Numbered from the whole stretch's first letter, positions 24,691-36,930 are shown. The stretch is DNA of 63,992 bases, filler included, from Octopus bimaculoides (GCF_001194135.2; 4 parts of 4 records of this genome joined end to end with filler, not necessarily neighbours in it); one strand, 5' to 3'. Program-made: numbers and translations. The notes: a model not told the origin generated them from the sequence alone.

Positions 24691-25212
24691 ATTATTATTA
24701 TTATTATTACAAAGATTTGCACTTGCTAATGGCAATGGACTTTGAAAGAAGATGAAAAAGAATGGTGGTATGATTCCCATATATAAAAGATAGTCATTTA
24801 AAAATTTTCTCTCTCATTTCAAACTTCTGATAGAATCAGATTTCTGTATGGAGAAAAAAAAAAAAAAAGACTGTTTGTACCACAACTAACACATACTCGT
24901 TGGGTAAATGTTAGAAGTGTTTATTATTCATTCAGTGGTCACATGTCATCAAGCAGACCTATGATTGAAGGCATTCCACTCATGACCGTCCCCTCTTTTT
25001 CTTATGTGCAAGGAACCTAAGACGACTATATTAATGTCCTTTTTTAAAATACAAATAATGGTAGTGTGGGAATTAAGTGAAATTTGATTACTATGTCTAG
25101 CAGATCAATCAACCTCAGAGATTCTTTTGTTGGCTTGAGGACAAACCTGTGCATAAGGTAGGTGTATATCTAGGATATATTGTTAATGTATATAGTGTAC
25201 ATTTTGTGTGCA

Positions 25213-25258
<46 letters not shown>

Positions 25259-25494
25259 ATGTATGTATAGTATGTGTGTATATATATATATTATAATACA
25301 TGTATAGTATGTGTGTGTGTGTGTATAAATGCATATGTGTATGCATTTCACATTTAGTGGTCTATTTACAAGCATACATAGTACATTGGTATTTTAAATA
25401 TTTGGCTGTGAACAAAAATACATTTGTTCAAATTTACTTTTGTTATGGTATTCAGCGTGCTGCTATTATTATTATTATTACTATTATTATTGAA

Positions 25495-25715
25495 GGCAGT
25501 GAGCTGGCAGAATCGGTAACATGCCAGGCACAATACTTAGCAACACTTTGTTGATCTTTACATTCTGAGTTCAAATTTCCACTGAGGTCAACTTTACCTT
25601 TCATCTTTTCGGGGTCGATAAATTAAGTACCAGTCAAGCACTAGGAGGTTGATGTTTACAACTTGTCTCCTCTCCCAAAATTTCAGGCCTTGTGTCTATA
25701 GTAGAAAAGATTATT
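25495..25715 (+). mobile_element. SINE family B, CpG-decayed
   Basis: GGCAGTGAGCTGGCAGAATCG...GTTCAAATTTCCACTGAGGTCAACTTTACC...AAATTAAGTACCAG. Confidence 0.85.
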
Positions 25716-25739
25716 ACTGTCATTATTATTATTATTATT

Positions 25740-26028
25740 GTTCAGTAGTTTTATTTTTATAACGTGCTTTCACTTCACTACCGAGCGCAGCTCTGTGCGC
25801 TTTGGGTATGTGCTGTGGTTTGCTGTGATGCTCTTATGGTTACTGTATTGAAAGTGTTTTGCGTAGGATGTGTGCAGTGCCCAGTAGTGCAATTTTCTGT
25901 ATGTTATATATATTTGTAAGTCCTGGTATTTTTGTTATGTATTTGTCTGAATATTTTTTTATTATACCTAAGGCACCTACTATGATAGGAATTGTTTCTG
26001 TTTTTAGATTCCACATTCGGGTTACCTC

Positions 26029-26029
<1 letters not shown>
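25740..26029 (-). mobile_element. R4/Dong-like RLE LINE 3' end in (TAA)n, copy 1
   Basis: EVTRMWNLKTETIPIIVGALGIIKK...IQKIALLGTAHILRKTLSIQ* plus ~100-bp 3' UTR; (TTA)n on both sides. Confidence 0.9.
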
Positions 26030-26062
<33 letters not shown>

Positions 26063-26147
26063 GTCATTATTATTATTATTATTATTATTATTTNNNNNNN
26101 NNNNNNNNNNNNNNNNNNNNNNNNCTGTCATTATTATTATTATTATT

Positions 26148-26436
26148 GTTCAGTAGTTTTATTTTTATAACGTGCTTTCACTTCACTACCGAGCGCAGCT
26201 CTGTGCGCCTTGGGTATGTGCTGTGGTTTGCTGTGATGCTCTTATGTTTACTGTATTGAAAGTGTTTTGCGTAGGATGTGTGCAGTGCCCAATAGTGCAA
26301 TTTTCTGTATGTTATATATATTTGTAAGTCCTGGTGTTTTTGTTATGTATTTGTCTGAATATTTTTTTATTATACCTAAGGCACCTACTATGATAGGAAT
26401 TGTTTCTGTTTTTAGATTCCACATTCGGGTTACCTC

Positions 26437-26437
<1 letters not shown>
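26148..26437 (-). mobile_element. R4/Dong-like RLE LINE 3' end, copy 2 (probably allelic or assembly duplicate of copy 1)
   Basis: Same truncation point and flanks as copy 1, about 4 substitutions, separated from it by an N gap. Confidence 0.8.
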
Positions 26438-26470
<33 letters not shown>

Positions 26471-26500
26471 GTCATTATTATTATTATTATTATTATTATT

Positions 26501-26885
26501 TAGTAGTCTTATTTTATTACGTGCTTTCACTGCACTACCGAGCACGGTTCTGTATGCCTTCGGTATGTGCTGTGGTTTGTCACGGTTCTCTTATTTTCAC
26601 TGTATTGAAAGTGCTTTGCGTAGGATGTGTTCGGTGCCTAGTAGTACTATTTCCTGTATGTTATGTACATTCGTAAGTACTGATGTTTTGGTTATGTATC
26701 TGTCTGAATGTTTTTTAATCATACCTAATGCACCTATTATTATAGGGATCGTTTCTGCTTTTAGGCTCCACATTCGAGTTACTTCTATTTCCAGATGTTT
26801 GTATTTTGGGATTTTCTCCACATTGTCATCTGTTGGTATTGATACATTGATTAGAAGGCTTTTTTTCTTTTTTGGTGATCTCTGA
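26501..26885 (-). mobile_element. R4/Dong-like RLE LINE 3' end, copy 3 (older, longer)
   Basis: KKKSLLINVSIPTDDNVEKIPKYKHLEIEVTRMW...LLGTEHILRKALSIQ*; flanked by (TTA)n. Confidence 0.88.
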
Positions 26886-27061
26886 TTATTATTATTATTA
26901 TAATAAGACATCATGCAGTATACAATCTTGTGAGGTTGTTGATTGAAGATATTGTGTCTACCAACGGTTTGTACTATTTGTCAAGTCACAACAAGGACCT
27001 CAGACAGACATTATTATTATTATTATTATTATTAAGCTGATGGATGAGTAGAATCTTTAAG

Positions 27062-27480
27062 TGTCAGTGTGGCTATATAGCAAAAAGTTTGCTTCCCAAC
27101 CACATGGCTTTGGGTTCAATCCCACCACATGGCATCTTAGGTCAGTACTTTCCACTATAGTCCTAGGCCAACTAAAGCCTTATGAATGGATTTAGTGGAT
27201 GGAAACTGAAAGAAGCCCATGTGTATATGTATGTGTATGTGTTAGTGTCTCCTTGCTTTGGCATGTGTGATAGTTATAAATGGGTATCACCATCTTACAG
27301 CAGCGTCCTTCAATACCAATCTTCCGTGAAAACATGGGGAAATATTACCTTACACCTTACATGGAAACAAGTAAGAGTTGGTGACTGGAAGGACATCCAG
27401 CCATAGAAAATCTGCCTCAACAAATCCCATCTGACCCATGCAAACTTGGAAATGTGCACTTCAATATGATGATGATGATC
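27062..27480 (+). mobile_element. Composite SINE: family A head with family D-type tail
   Basis: A-type tRNA/CORE-like head, then GGAAGGACATCCAGCCATAGAAAATCTGCC...CCCATGCAAACTTGGAAA...(GAT)n. Confidence 0.75.
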
Positions 27481-27580
27481 GGTTGTTGGGGAAAATGCCT
27501 TTCGGCCTTTGTTTGGCTCTTTACATCCTACATTCACATTTGCCTAAACTTCCTGTGATTAGATATATCTATCATCAAAA

Positions 27581-27812
27581 GCAGTGAGCTGGCAGAATCG
27601 TTTGCGCGCCGGGCGAAATGCTTAGCAGTATTTCGTCTGCTGTTACGTTCTGAGTTCAAATTCTGCCGAGGTCGACTTTACCTTTCATCCTTTCGGGGTT
27701 GATAAATTAAGTACCAGTTACGCACTGGGGTTGATGTAATCGACTTAATCCCATTGTCTGTCCTTGTTTGTCCCATCCATGTTTAGTCCCTTGTGGGCAA
27801 TAAAGAAATAAG
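27581..27812 (+). mobile_element. SINE family B, young full-length copy
   Basis: GCAGTGAGCTGGCAGAATCGTTTGCGCGCCGGGCGAAATG...GCCTTTCATCCTTTCGGGG-like core...TAAAGAAATAAGA; CpGs retained. Confidence 0.9.
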
Positions 27813-28489
27813 AGATATTTATCAACAAGGTGCCTGGCAATGTGGGACTGAACCCAAAACCAGGTGGTTTGTTAGCCAACTTTTCAACCACACAGCCATG
27901 CCTGCACCTAGCCACACCTGTACCTCACACACAAATAAGTAAAAAGAAAAAGTAACAAGTACCAGATGGTCACAGCTTGATTGTCTTTTGATCATAAGTT
28001 TGCTTGATCAGAGCTGACTTCAACAATAACACATCATTCAAAAATTGTATATATATGTGTATATTTGGGATTTCCATCTGAGACACACTTCAGTAATATT
28101 TCTATCTATTTCACATTTCCAACACTATTTATAAACTGAGTACAGTCACTTAGTCAATCAAAACATCTGCCATTTATTTTGTAAGATGATTACTCAAGAT
28201 TACCTTATGCTGTTCATCACAGCTTGAAATTGATTCAAAGCCTCCAGTTTGTCATTGCAGATTAGCTGGGTCGTTAGAGCATCGGATAGGATGCTTCATA
28301 GTATTTGTTCTAACTCTCTGAGTTCCGGGTTCAAATCTGTCAAATGTACTTTTCATCCTTTCAGGGTCAATAAACAAAAAGTACCAGTCCAGAGCAGTGA
28401 TGGCTTGACAAAACTATAACAATACTAGACTGACCAGATGCCTATACACACACACACACACACACACACTCACATCTATATATAATATA

Positions 28490-28875
28490 TGTCTTTTATC
28501 TTTTACTTGTTTCAATCATTAGACTGCAGCCATGCTGGGGCACTGCTTTGAAGAATTTTTAGTCGAATGAATCAACCCCAGTATTTTTTTGTTAAGCCTG
28601 GTACTTATTATATCAATGTCTTCTGCCAAATTGCTAATTTACAAGGATGTTAACAAACCAACACCAGTTGTCAGGTGGTGGAAGGTGGACAATCACAGAC
28701 ACAGAGACACACATATATATGATGGGCTTCTTTCAGTGTCTGTCTACCAAACCCACTCACAAGGCTTTATCCAACCGAAGGCTATAATAGAAGACAGTTG
28801 CCCAAGATGTCATGCAGTGGGACTGAAACCGGAACTATGTGGTTGGGAAGCAAGCTTTTTAACCACACAGCCAAT
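28490..28875 (-). mobile_element. SINE family A, CpG-decayed
   Basis: Colinear with 1341-1755, with CpG to TpG/CpA changes throughout. Confidence 0.85.
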
Positions 28876-28919
28876 GATTCCTTGTTACCATCTTAATACT
28901 TAACTTAAACCCTTCACTC

Positions 28920-29230
28920 CCTATGGGGCATAGGCCATCAATGACTTTTATCCACTGTTCTCAACTCTAGGCTGTCTCTTTTCCTAGATCTTGTTGGGCT
29001 TTGAATTGCCATCGATGCTTCTGTAACTTTCCGTTTGTCTAAGTAGGAATTTTGAACCCCGATGCAAACCTATTTTTACCTCTGGGAAGAAATGGTCCAT
29101 ACTAGTATGGCTTCTATCCTTTGATTTGTCCAATTAAGGGATACTGTACCAGGAGCTTGTGCTCCCTGGCAGAGCTCTCAAACTCCATTAAGGCACTAAA
29201 CCTATCACACCATAACAAGGATTAGATCTT
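28920..29230. mobile_element. Possible RTE-type LINE UTR remnant
   Basis: GTACCAGGAGCTTGTGCTCCC...GCACTAAACC...CACCATAACAAGG resembles RTE-associated UTR motifs (recall only). Confidence 0.35.
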
Positions 29231-30074
29231 GCAGTGGATACTTTAAGAGTAGGGACCACATATTTCCAATTCCTGAATCATCAAAATAGCACAACCAATA
29301 ATACAAGAACTCAATGACTTCAAGCAGAAATGCCAAGGCATTACTACAAATAGTGTTAACATGATTAAGTCTGTAAATTGCTGGTCTAAATACACAAAAA
29401 ATTGAATTGGTTTGAATGCTAAATGGTTAAAATAATCACGCATCTATATAATTTTAATTTAATTTTTTTCATTTATTTTTTTCTCGGTAGCTTCAGAATA
29501 CTAACGTTATACCATTTATATAAATAAGTACAACAAATCTTTTCATCTTGTGATTTTAAAGCTAACAATGCAGTAACTATTGAGTAAAGTTTTGCATTAT
29601 ACAATATATTCCCAACACAGCAGATGCTGCCACCTGCTACTTTAAGATATCACAACAATGGTCAATATTCTAAAGAGGGCTTTTTTTTATATATATATTT
29701 TTTTTTTTTTTTCACTTTTATTTCTTGGTTGATCTAATAGTATCTTTTTCCTTCCATTATTTTTTTATATTTTTGTTCTAAATCTGTGTGTGTGTGTGTC
29801 TGCATGCATACAAGATAATGCCATCTGCTTGTTTTGTGATTTGAAGGTTTTTCATATCATAAAAGCATTTTTCAAAAGATAATATCTTTTGATAAGTTTA
29901 ATTGAAATCAGTTTTGATAAATTAATGACGGTTGACATGTCACCCTGGCAGTGTCTTCTTTATTTGAATTATATTTTCTTATTCTTAACCATCCATGAAA
30001 ATAAACGTTTTTGTGTGTGTGTAGGGGGGGTTAATAATCTATCAGGCAACTGGTAACCTAATAGGTATAAAGAC

Positions 30075-30315
30075 TGGTTCTGTCATTAAGAAGTTTGCAG
30101 GTTTGACCACACTGCATAGCACCTTGTGCAAGTACCTTCTATCATAACCTTAGGTTGACCAGTACCTTAATAGTGTCACTTTGAATCTCCTTGAGAACTA
30201 CATTAAGGTTATGCATATCTGTGGAGTGCTCAACCACTCGCACATTAACTTCAAGAGCAAGCTGTTCCATTGATTGAACCAACTGGAACCCTCATTGTTA
30301 TAACTGATGGAGTTT
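30075..30315 (+). mobile_element. Composite SINE: family A head with family C tail
   Basis: CACTGCATAGCACCTTGTGCAAGTACCTTC head joined to GTGTCACTTTGAATCTCC...GTGGAGTGCTCAACCAC...AACTGGAACCCTC, the family C 3' module. Confidence 0.65.
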
Positions 30316-30354
30316 CAGTCATATAGATATGTATGTGTTCATTGCATATTATAT

Positions 30355-30545
30355 ATCTTTGTGTGTCTGTGTTTATCCCCCCCCCCCACCACCACTTGAC
30401 AACTGGTGTTGGTATGTTTACATCCTGATAGCTTAGTGGTTCTGCAAATGAGACTGATTAGATAATTACCAGGCTTCAAAAAATATGTTCTGAGGTCAAT
30501 TCGTTCAACTAAAATTCTTCAAGACAGTGCCCTAGCATAAAAGAA
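30355..30545 (+). mobile_element. SINE family A 3' half, all CpGs mutated
   Basis: CACCACTTGACAACTGGTGTTGG...GCTTAGTGGTTCTGCAAATGAGACTGA compared with the CpG-intact copy at 38530-38600. Confidence 0.75.
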
Positions 30546-31277
30546 AATGATTTTGAAACCTGAGTTGTTATTTACATTTCATTTTTAGCTTTGTCATGCA
30601 TTGTGTTTATGCTAGAAGCATCACACGCACACACATATGCATATATATACATCTCATCATCATATATCATTCAGATGACAGCATTTTCCAGACATATCCA
30701 GTAATATTGTTTCTATTCAGCTGTGAAACATAAATCACCAAATCTCATCTATGCTGTCAATTTTTGCTATTTTCTTCACATAAAAGCAAGACTTATTAAC
30801 AATAGGTAGTTACAGGGTTAAATTTAACGCATGACTGGTTTGTATTCTATTGATACCCAGCAAAACATAGAGAAGTAGTAACATATATTCACAAATGTTA
30901 CCATATATCACCATTATTATTATTTTTATCATTGTTATTAAAATGCCAGGCTGATAAAATCATCAACATGTTAAACAACATGCTTAATGGTATTCCTTCT
31001 GGCTGTTTATTTTCTAAGTTCAACTTCTGCCTAGGTCAACTTTGCCTTTTTTCTTTTCTTTCTAGACCATTAAAATAAAGTACCAGTCAAGCACCGGGGT
31101 TGATGTAATTGGTTTACTCCTCCTTTCAGAATTGCTTGCCTTGTGCCAAAATTTGAAATAATAATAAGAATATTTTAAAAGAATTGATGCAACTCTTCAC
31201 AAATTAAACAGTCAAGACGAAGAGCGTGATTCAATTGTAATAGATATTTTGTTGGTTGAATGATATTTCAACAGTAA

Positions 31278-31617
31278 GCCTGTCTTTGTCAGTTGTGTTT
31301 GTTTGTTTGTCTGTGGACAAGATGTCTCAAGAACCACTGAATGGATTCGGATGAAACTTTCAGAGATGTTTGACCTCGTGACTGGCACAAATTGATTAGA
31401 TTTTGGGATCAATCCGGTACCAGACAAGGATTCTGGATTATTTTTCCTGTCTTTTCATTTAATTTTTGAGAGCAGTCTGGTTCATTTTTAGTATTCTCAT
31501 ATGTGAGAACAAACAAGTTAATTTCAGATGTTCTCATTTTAAAAATCAACCTCCGGCTAATCGTTGAGAGAACGTTGGTGTTGCCTTGGCGGAGGTTTGC
31601 GCTCTTTGAGTGCTCTT
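31278..31617 (+). mobile_element. Non-autonomous Helentron/DINE-1-like element, second copy
   Basis: (GTTT)n, a body homologous to 24016-24337, and 3' GGCGGAGGTTTGCGCTCTTTGAGTGCTCTT. Confidence 0.75.
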
Positions 31618-31744
31618 ATTATTATTATTATTATCATTATTATTATTATCATTATCATTATTATCATTATTATTATTATCATTATTATTATTATCATTAT
31701 TATTATTATCATTATTATTATTATCATTATCATTATTATTATTA
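31618..31744. repeat. (ATT)n microsatellite with periodic ATC variants (~15-bp higher-order unit)
   Basis: Repeating TATTATTATTATCAT. Confidence 0.9.
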
Positions 31745-32396
31745 AGGCAGCAAGCTGGCAGAATTGTTACTTTGTTTGATTAAATGTTTAGCAACATTTC
31801 TTCTGACTCATTACATTCAGAGTCTAAATCCTGCTGAGATCAATTTTTGCCTTTCATCCTTTTGAGGTCATTAAAATAAAGTACCAGTCAAATACTGGGG
31901 GTTCAGTGTAATCAATTAGTCCCCTTGCACCAAAATTTAGGTCTTGTACATCTTGTAGAAAGGATCATTATTACTGTTTCAAGTTGTCCAAGTTCAATAA
32001 ATAGGAAAGATAACATCTGTTATAGAAACAAAAATTAAGAACTTTCTACACACACGCACACATTCCAGCTCTCTTCCTCTCTCGCCCCCATCTCTCTCTT
32101 GAAAGGATTAACTGTTAATTTAATTAAAATGAATGCATATTTTAAGGGAAAAAATACTACACTGTACCCCCACACATATTTTTGAAATATTCCAGGGAAT
32201 TGCTTTTCTTTTTAAACTTTTTTTTTGTTTTTGCCTTACAGTTGCTTTTACAACTGAATGTCCTTCCTACTTCTAAACACTTGGTTATTTTGTAGGAATA
32301 ATTCAAACAGGGTTTGCTGCTCTGCTCAAAAGTATAACAAAGAGACAGTAGCAAGGTTTGGACTTATGAACAGCTTTTTTTGAGCATCAGGTACAG

Positions 32397-32677
32397 CAGG
32401 AGTTCTCAACTATTTTTCATCTATGGACCCCCTTTGATTGCTATTTTAATCACCATAGCCATTTGGTGATTAAAAATTAGTTTTATAGATACTTCTTTCA
32501 AAATTCCTATTTTGCTTTTCACAGATTGTGTAGGTTGAACTATGTAAAATGTTGAGAAACTTAGCTGTTCCCTGCAATAAATACATCTAAAGCAAAATTT
32601 TTTCAGGGCCCTTAGAATACTATTGTGAATCCCCAATTTACTATTTGGTTTCATGGACCCCCGGTTGAGAGCCACTG
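32397..32677. mobile_element. hAT (Charlie-type) MITE
   Basis: TIRs CAGGAGTTCTCAAC / GTTGAGAGCCACTG; 8-bp TSD AGGTACAG vs AGATACAG (7 of 8). Confidence 0.85.
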
Positions 32678-34227
32678 AGATACAGTATCAGTTGGTCTCC
32701 TTACCCCCTCAAAACAATATACTCACCAAAGCATATCTTATGACATCTGTTAATCTGTTTTTAGCCCTTCAGCATTTAAACTGGCTGTATCTGGCCCAAA
32801 TATTTTGCCCATTGTATGTTTCAATTTACCCTACAATGTCATTGTAAAATGCTAAAGGGTTAAAGATGTCTTCTATTCTTGATATCTAGCTGCTGCTGGA
32901 ATTTTGATCCTCTGCATTCTGAGTTCAGATTCCACAAGAGTTAGTTTTGTGTCTTATTTTTCTGTGGTTGATTGAGGTATAAACTGAAATTTATCAAACA
33001 AACTGTAATGGTGATAGTTGTGGAGTCCTGTAATTTAGTGGGAATAGTTAGGAAACCATTGAACTCTTAGTCCTTGTGCTGTGTACCTCTGAGATGTACC
33101 CACAAAAGGAATTGAACTTCTAATTGTATTAATGGAACACTTGGCAATTTCAGTGTTGCCACTGCTTACCCCACTGACTTGTTCCTTCCTTATGTTAAGT
33201 GTGTCATTTGAGAGTTGTCTGTGGCAAATATGTGAGCCTCTATGTGGATGCTTGACTTGCCAGACGAGGCAGTTCTCTGTCTCTCCAGTCATGCCCAACT
33301 ATCTTAAAGAAAGACAGATTGACTCTTTGGATAATGTAGTCCTAGATACACTGAGATGGAATGCCTTTAATCATCGATCTACTGAATCAGGTTTGGCCTG
33401 AGATTAATCAGCAATAGTGCAGTGCTTGAGCCAACAAAATAATTTCAACATGGTCTCCCAGCTTGCTAGAAATGGCAGCTAAAAATTCTCTCTCAAATCA
33501 TCCCATGTTGTCTTGAAAAGAGCAAGTGCAGGTCCTACAATGTTCTTCTAGATACAATAATTCTGGAAAAAAGAAAAGTATGACAGGATGGTCAAAACTG
33601 GAACATCTTTGATTACAGGTCAGTTGGATTAGAACCTAACTGGGGCTTAATTGTAAGCAACACCATAGTAATGCTGATGACAAGATATAAATTGTCAATC
33701 CCTCAACTAGTTCTTGAGAGTGGGCGGTGGTGGGGGCTATTGAAGAAGTTACCATCACCACCACCATTGTCATTTGAATACTTTTTAGTCAGACTATACC
33801 CACCTAATCCTACCTTCACACACACACACACACACAGAGTAATACACTCACTAAAATGTCTGCCCTTGTGCCAGTTTTAAGAAATTATTAAAGCTATTCT
33901 TTGTTACTTCATGTGTGCTCCCCCACCTCTCTCTCTCAATACACACAACCCACCTCTTATTATTCTATTATTAATAAGGAATTCATAATAGGAGATTTCT
34001 AACATTGCCTCCACCACCACTGCTGCCCCTCCTTGGTTATTGGTGAATTCCTAATTTCTGAACTCTCCATTTTGATGGGTCCTTTTTTTTTTCTTTTTAA
34101 TCTATTTCTTCATTGTATATATTATAACAGAACAATCTCTTGTGTTTAGCTACATATATTGCCTCTTTGGCATTTCCTGACCTTTAGCATCACTAAAACA
34201 GCTTCTATTATTCTGTGGGATTAATGA

Positions 34228-34275
<48 letters not shown>

Positions 34276-34471
34276 TATTTATTATTATTATTATTATTAT
34301 ATTGTTCCATGTTATTTCTGTGTTGGGTTTTTTTTTCACATTTTATTTTCAAGTCTATAAAATAGATGTATTGTAATTTGTGTACTAATACGAAATTGGA
34401 TTTATTTTATTTTTGTTCCTATATTTAATTCCCATTAACATTCTCTTTTATTGTCATCATCATTATTATCA

Positions 34472-34509
<38 letters not shown>

Positions 34510-34852
34510 TAATGGTTTTATCATGTGGGCATGTAAGAAGAGAACAGTTGTTTCTGGCTGGTATGTTGGCCTACTGACTGGAAGGATTGGCTCCTATTAT
34601 AACTGGACATCTGTGTGACACTGTACTTGCCTGGTACCATCCTGTAGTAGACATACATGTGGTACTTGTGTTTTGTGTGTGACCTAAAGCATCACTTGTC
34701 TCTTGATGGCAATGCTCAACTCTACCTGGTGCACTGAGCTCACAGAAATATCAGCCCAAACTTCCTTCAAAATTGGACCATACATAATTTCTTCATCCTT
34801 TCGTTACCATTACCATATTTATTTTGAGATGCTCTGTGTTTCTTTCAATTAT

Positions 34853-35071
34853 TGGCACGTAAAAAACACCTTTTGAGTGTGACTGGCCCTCGTGCCGGTG
34901 GCACGTAAAAGCACCCACTACACTCTCGGAGTGGTTGGCATTAGGAAGGGCATCCAGCTGTAGAAACTCTGCCAGATCAGATTGGAGCCTGGTGCAGCCT
35001 TCTGGCTTGCCAGTCCTCAATCAAATCGTCCAACCCATGCTAGCATGGAAAGCAGACGTTAAACGATAATG
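34853..35071 (+). mobile_element. Family D repeat
   Basis: GGCACGTAAAAGCACCCACTACACTCTCGGAGTGGTTGGCATTAGGAAGGGCATCCAGC...GTTAAACGATAATGAT. Confidence 0.85.
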
Positions 35072-35100
35072 ATATGTGTATATATATATATGTATATGTG

Positions 35101-35149
<49 letters not shown>

Positions 35150-35284
35150 CATCATCATCATCATCGTTTAACGTCCGCTTTCCANNNNNNNNNNNNNNNN
35201 NNNNNNNNNNNNNNNNNNNNNNNNNNNNTTAATTAATTAANNNNNNNNNNNNNNNNNNNNNNNNNNNNNNNNNNNNNNNNNNNN

Positions 35285-35337
<53 letters not shown>

Positions 35338-35575
35338 TATATAGCGCTAGTGTTGTAAAAATTATCGAACTCACATACACTATGTATGTGATTTACTCGT
35401 TCGCTGGTCGGCTATGAAGTGACACGGTGGAGATGACTCCCTCAAAGCGACGGATGTTAAAATGCCTGAAAGGCATTGTCATAGAACAGGCGTGCATGCA
35501 TACCAAAACACTTAACGCTTATTCAACACAATGTACAGCACGTCAGTTTGGAAATAGAAATTTGAAGCTTTAAAC

Positions 35576-35665
35576 CAGTGGTTCCCAAAGTAAGCGGTAC
35601 TGCTCCACTCCAACTCCTGGGGGTGGTGGAAAGATCCGGGGTCTGTGGTGGTGGTATTGGGGGTG
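35576..35665. mobile_element. hAT MITE terminal fragment
   Basis: CAGTGGTTCCCAAAGT...CTGGGGGTGGTGGA, a Charlie-type terminus. Confidence 0.5.
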
Positions 35666-36214
35666 TTGGAGAATGTTATGTTTTGATGAAAGGCTTAGTC
35701 AGCTTCCATAGGCTTTCTTTAGGAGGGCAAGTTTATCTCACTTCTATTTAATGTTTCAGAAAGTGGAGTTAACTAACGCCTATTAACACCTGTATCTGTG
35801 TGCGCGCACGTTTGTGAACACATTTATACACACGCACGCGCGCACACGCACACACATATATATATATTTATAAATTATTTATTTAAAGGTCACAATACAT
35901 GCATTAAAGCGCTACTAATAGTTTCATATGTTGAGAAAACACAAACATATTCTTCATGCGCAAACCACATATCATAACGAACTAAAGAAATTGAATAAGA
36001 GAAGAAACGCGAAAAAATCGAGAAGGCAGCATAAAGAAAACGCAGACACTAAACAACGAAAAACGAAAAATGGAAGACGAAAAACAGAAACTAAAATGTA
36101 AAAAAGTTAAAAGGTAAAAGAACTTTCCTCCTTAGACTTTAAATGATAAGGCTGGAAAGATATCAAGTCAGTCAGGAATATGCAGAATTTTCCAATTCTT
36201 CAAATTATATTTAT

Positions 36215-36490
36215 ACATATGCATGCAACCACCAAACATTTCTGACCTGGAGTTCAATAGCGAGTTAAGGATCTTAGATCTGAACAGGATCTGCGCTCTT
36301 TCAACCAAAGTCTACATTTATTCGATCCATTCACATAAAGGCATGAATTTCTCAATTACTTTTCATTTAACCACAAGCGGTGTTTCGTTATCTTTCAAAG
36401 TCCGTACGTAGCCAGCCAACTTAGTAGCTTTACTTTTGTCCCTATGCTGGAAGGATTGTGATTGGCATAGCGATTTTTAAATTCACCTTC
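36215..36490 (-). mobile_element. Penelope-like (Neptune-type) endonuclease C-terminal remnant
   Basis: FKNRYANH..SFQHRDKSKATKLAGYVRTLK...VKWKVIEK...NKCRL...LLNSRSEMFGGCMH matches the C-terminal FK.RY.NH / T.LS..IW.LK / C.LC..EK / LN.RSE...C.H pattern. Confidence 0.8.
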
Positions 36491-36574
36491 ACATAATCCA
36501 CTATAGGTCTTCTTATTAGTTATATTATTATTTAGGATTAGCATGGGTAAAACAAGTCGCATAGTGATTAACTA

Positions 36575-36930
36575 TTTGATGTATCTATGGGGTCATATGA
36601 TAGTACTGATGTCTGTGAACTTGTGGGCTTATTTATATCAAACACATTGAGATATAGAGACCCGTCTCATGACGTTGGCCTATACCGTGACGACGGTTTG
36701 GCTATTTCCCATGGGTGTGACCATCACACACTTGATAGATTTAGAAAGCAACTAATTTCTACCTTTAATCAATTAGGACTTAAAATTACAGTAGCTATTA
36801 ATCTCTCTATAGTTGATTATTTAGATGTTGCCTTAGATTTAAATTCCTCCTCGTATAACCCTTTCCATAAGCCTAATGAGAAACTCGCATATATACATAA
36901 ACATTCTTGTCATCCTCAACGTATGAAACT
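36575..36930 (+). mobile_element. Penelope-like (Neptune-type) reverse transcriptase fragment
   Basis: FDVSMGSYDSTDVCELVGLFI...VGLYRDDGLA...GLKITV..N...VDYLDV.LDL....Y.PFHKPN...YIHKHSCHP (YRDD catalytic motif). Confidence 0.92.

Noticed and set aside
25717-26500. Apparent tandem duplication of a LINE fragment with its flanks
   Set aside because: The duplication straddles an N gap and differs by about 4 substitutions, so it is most likely two haplotypes or overlapping contig ends. The same pattern occurs at 57200-57320 and 61420-61880.
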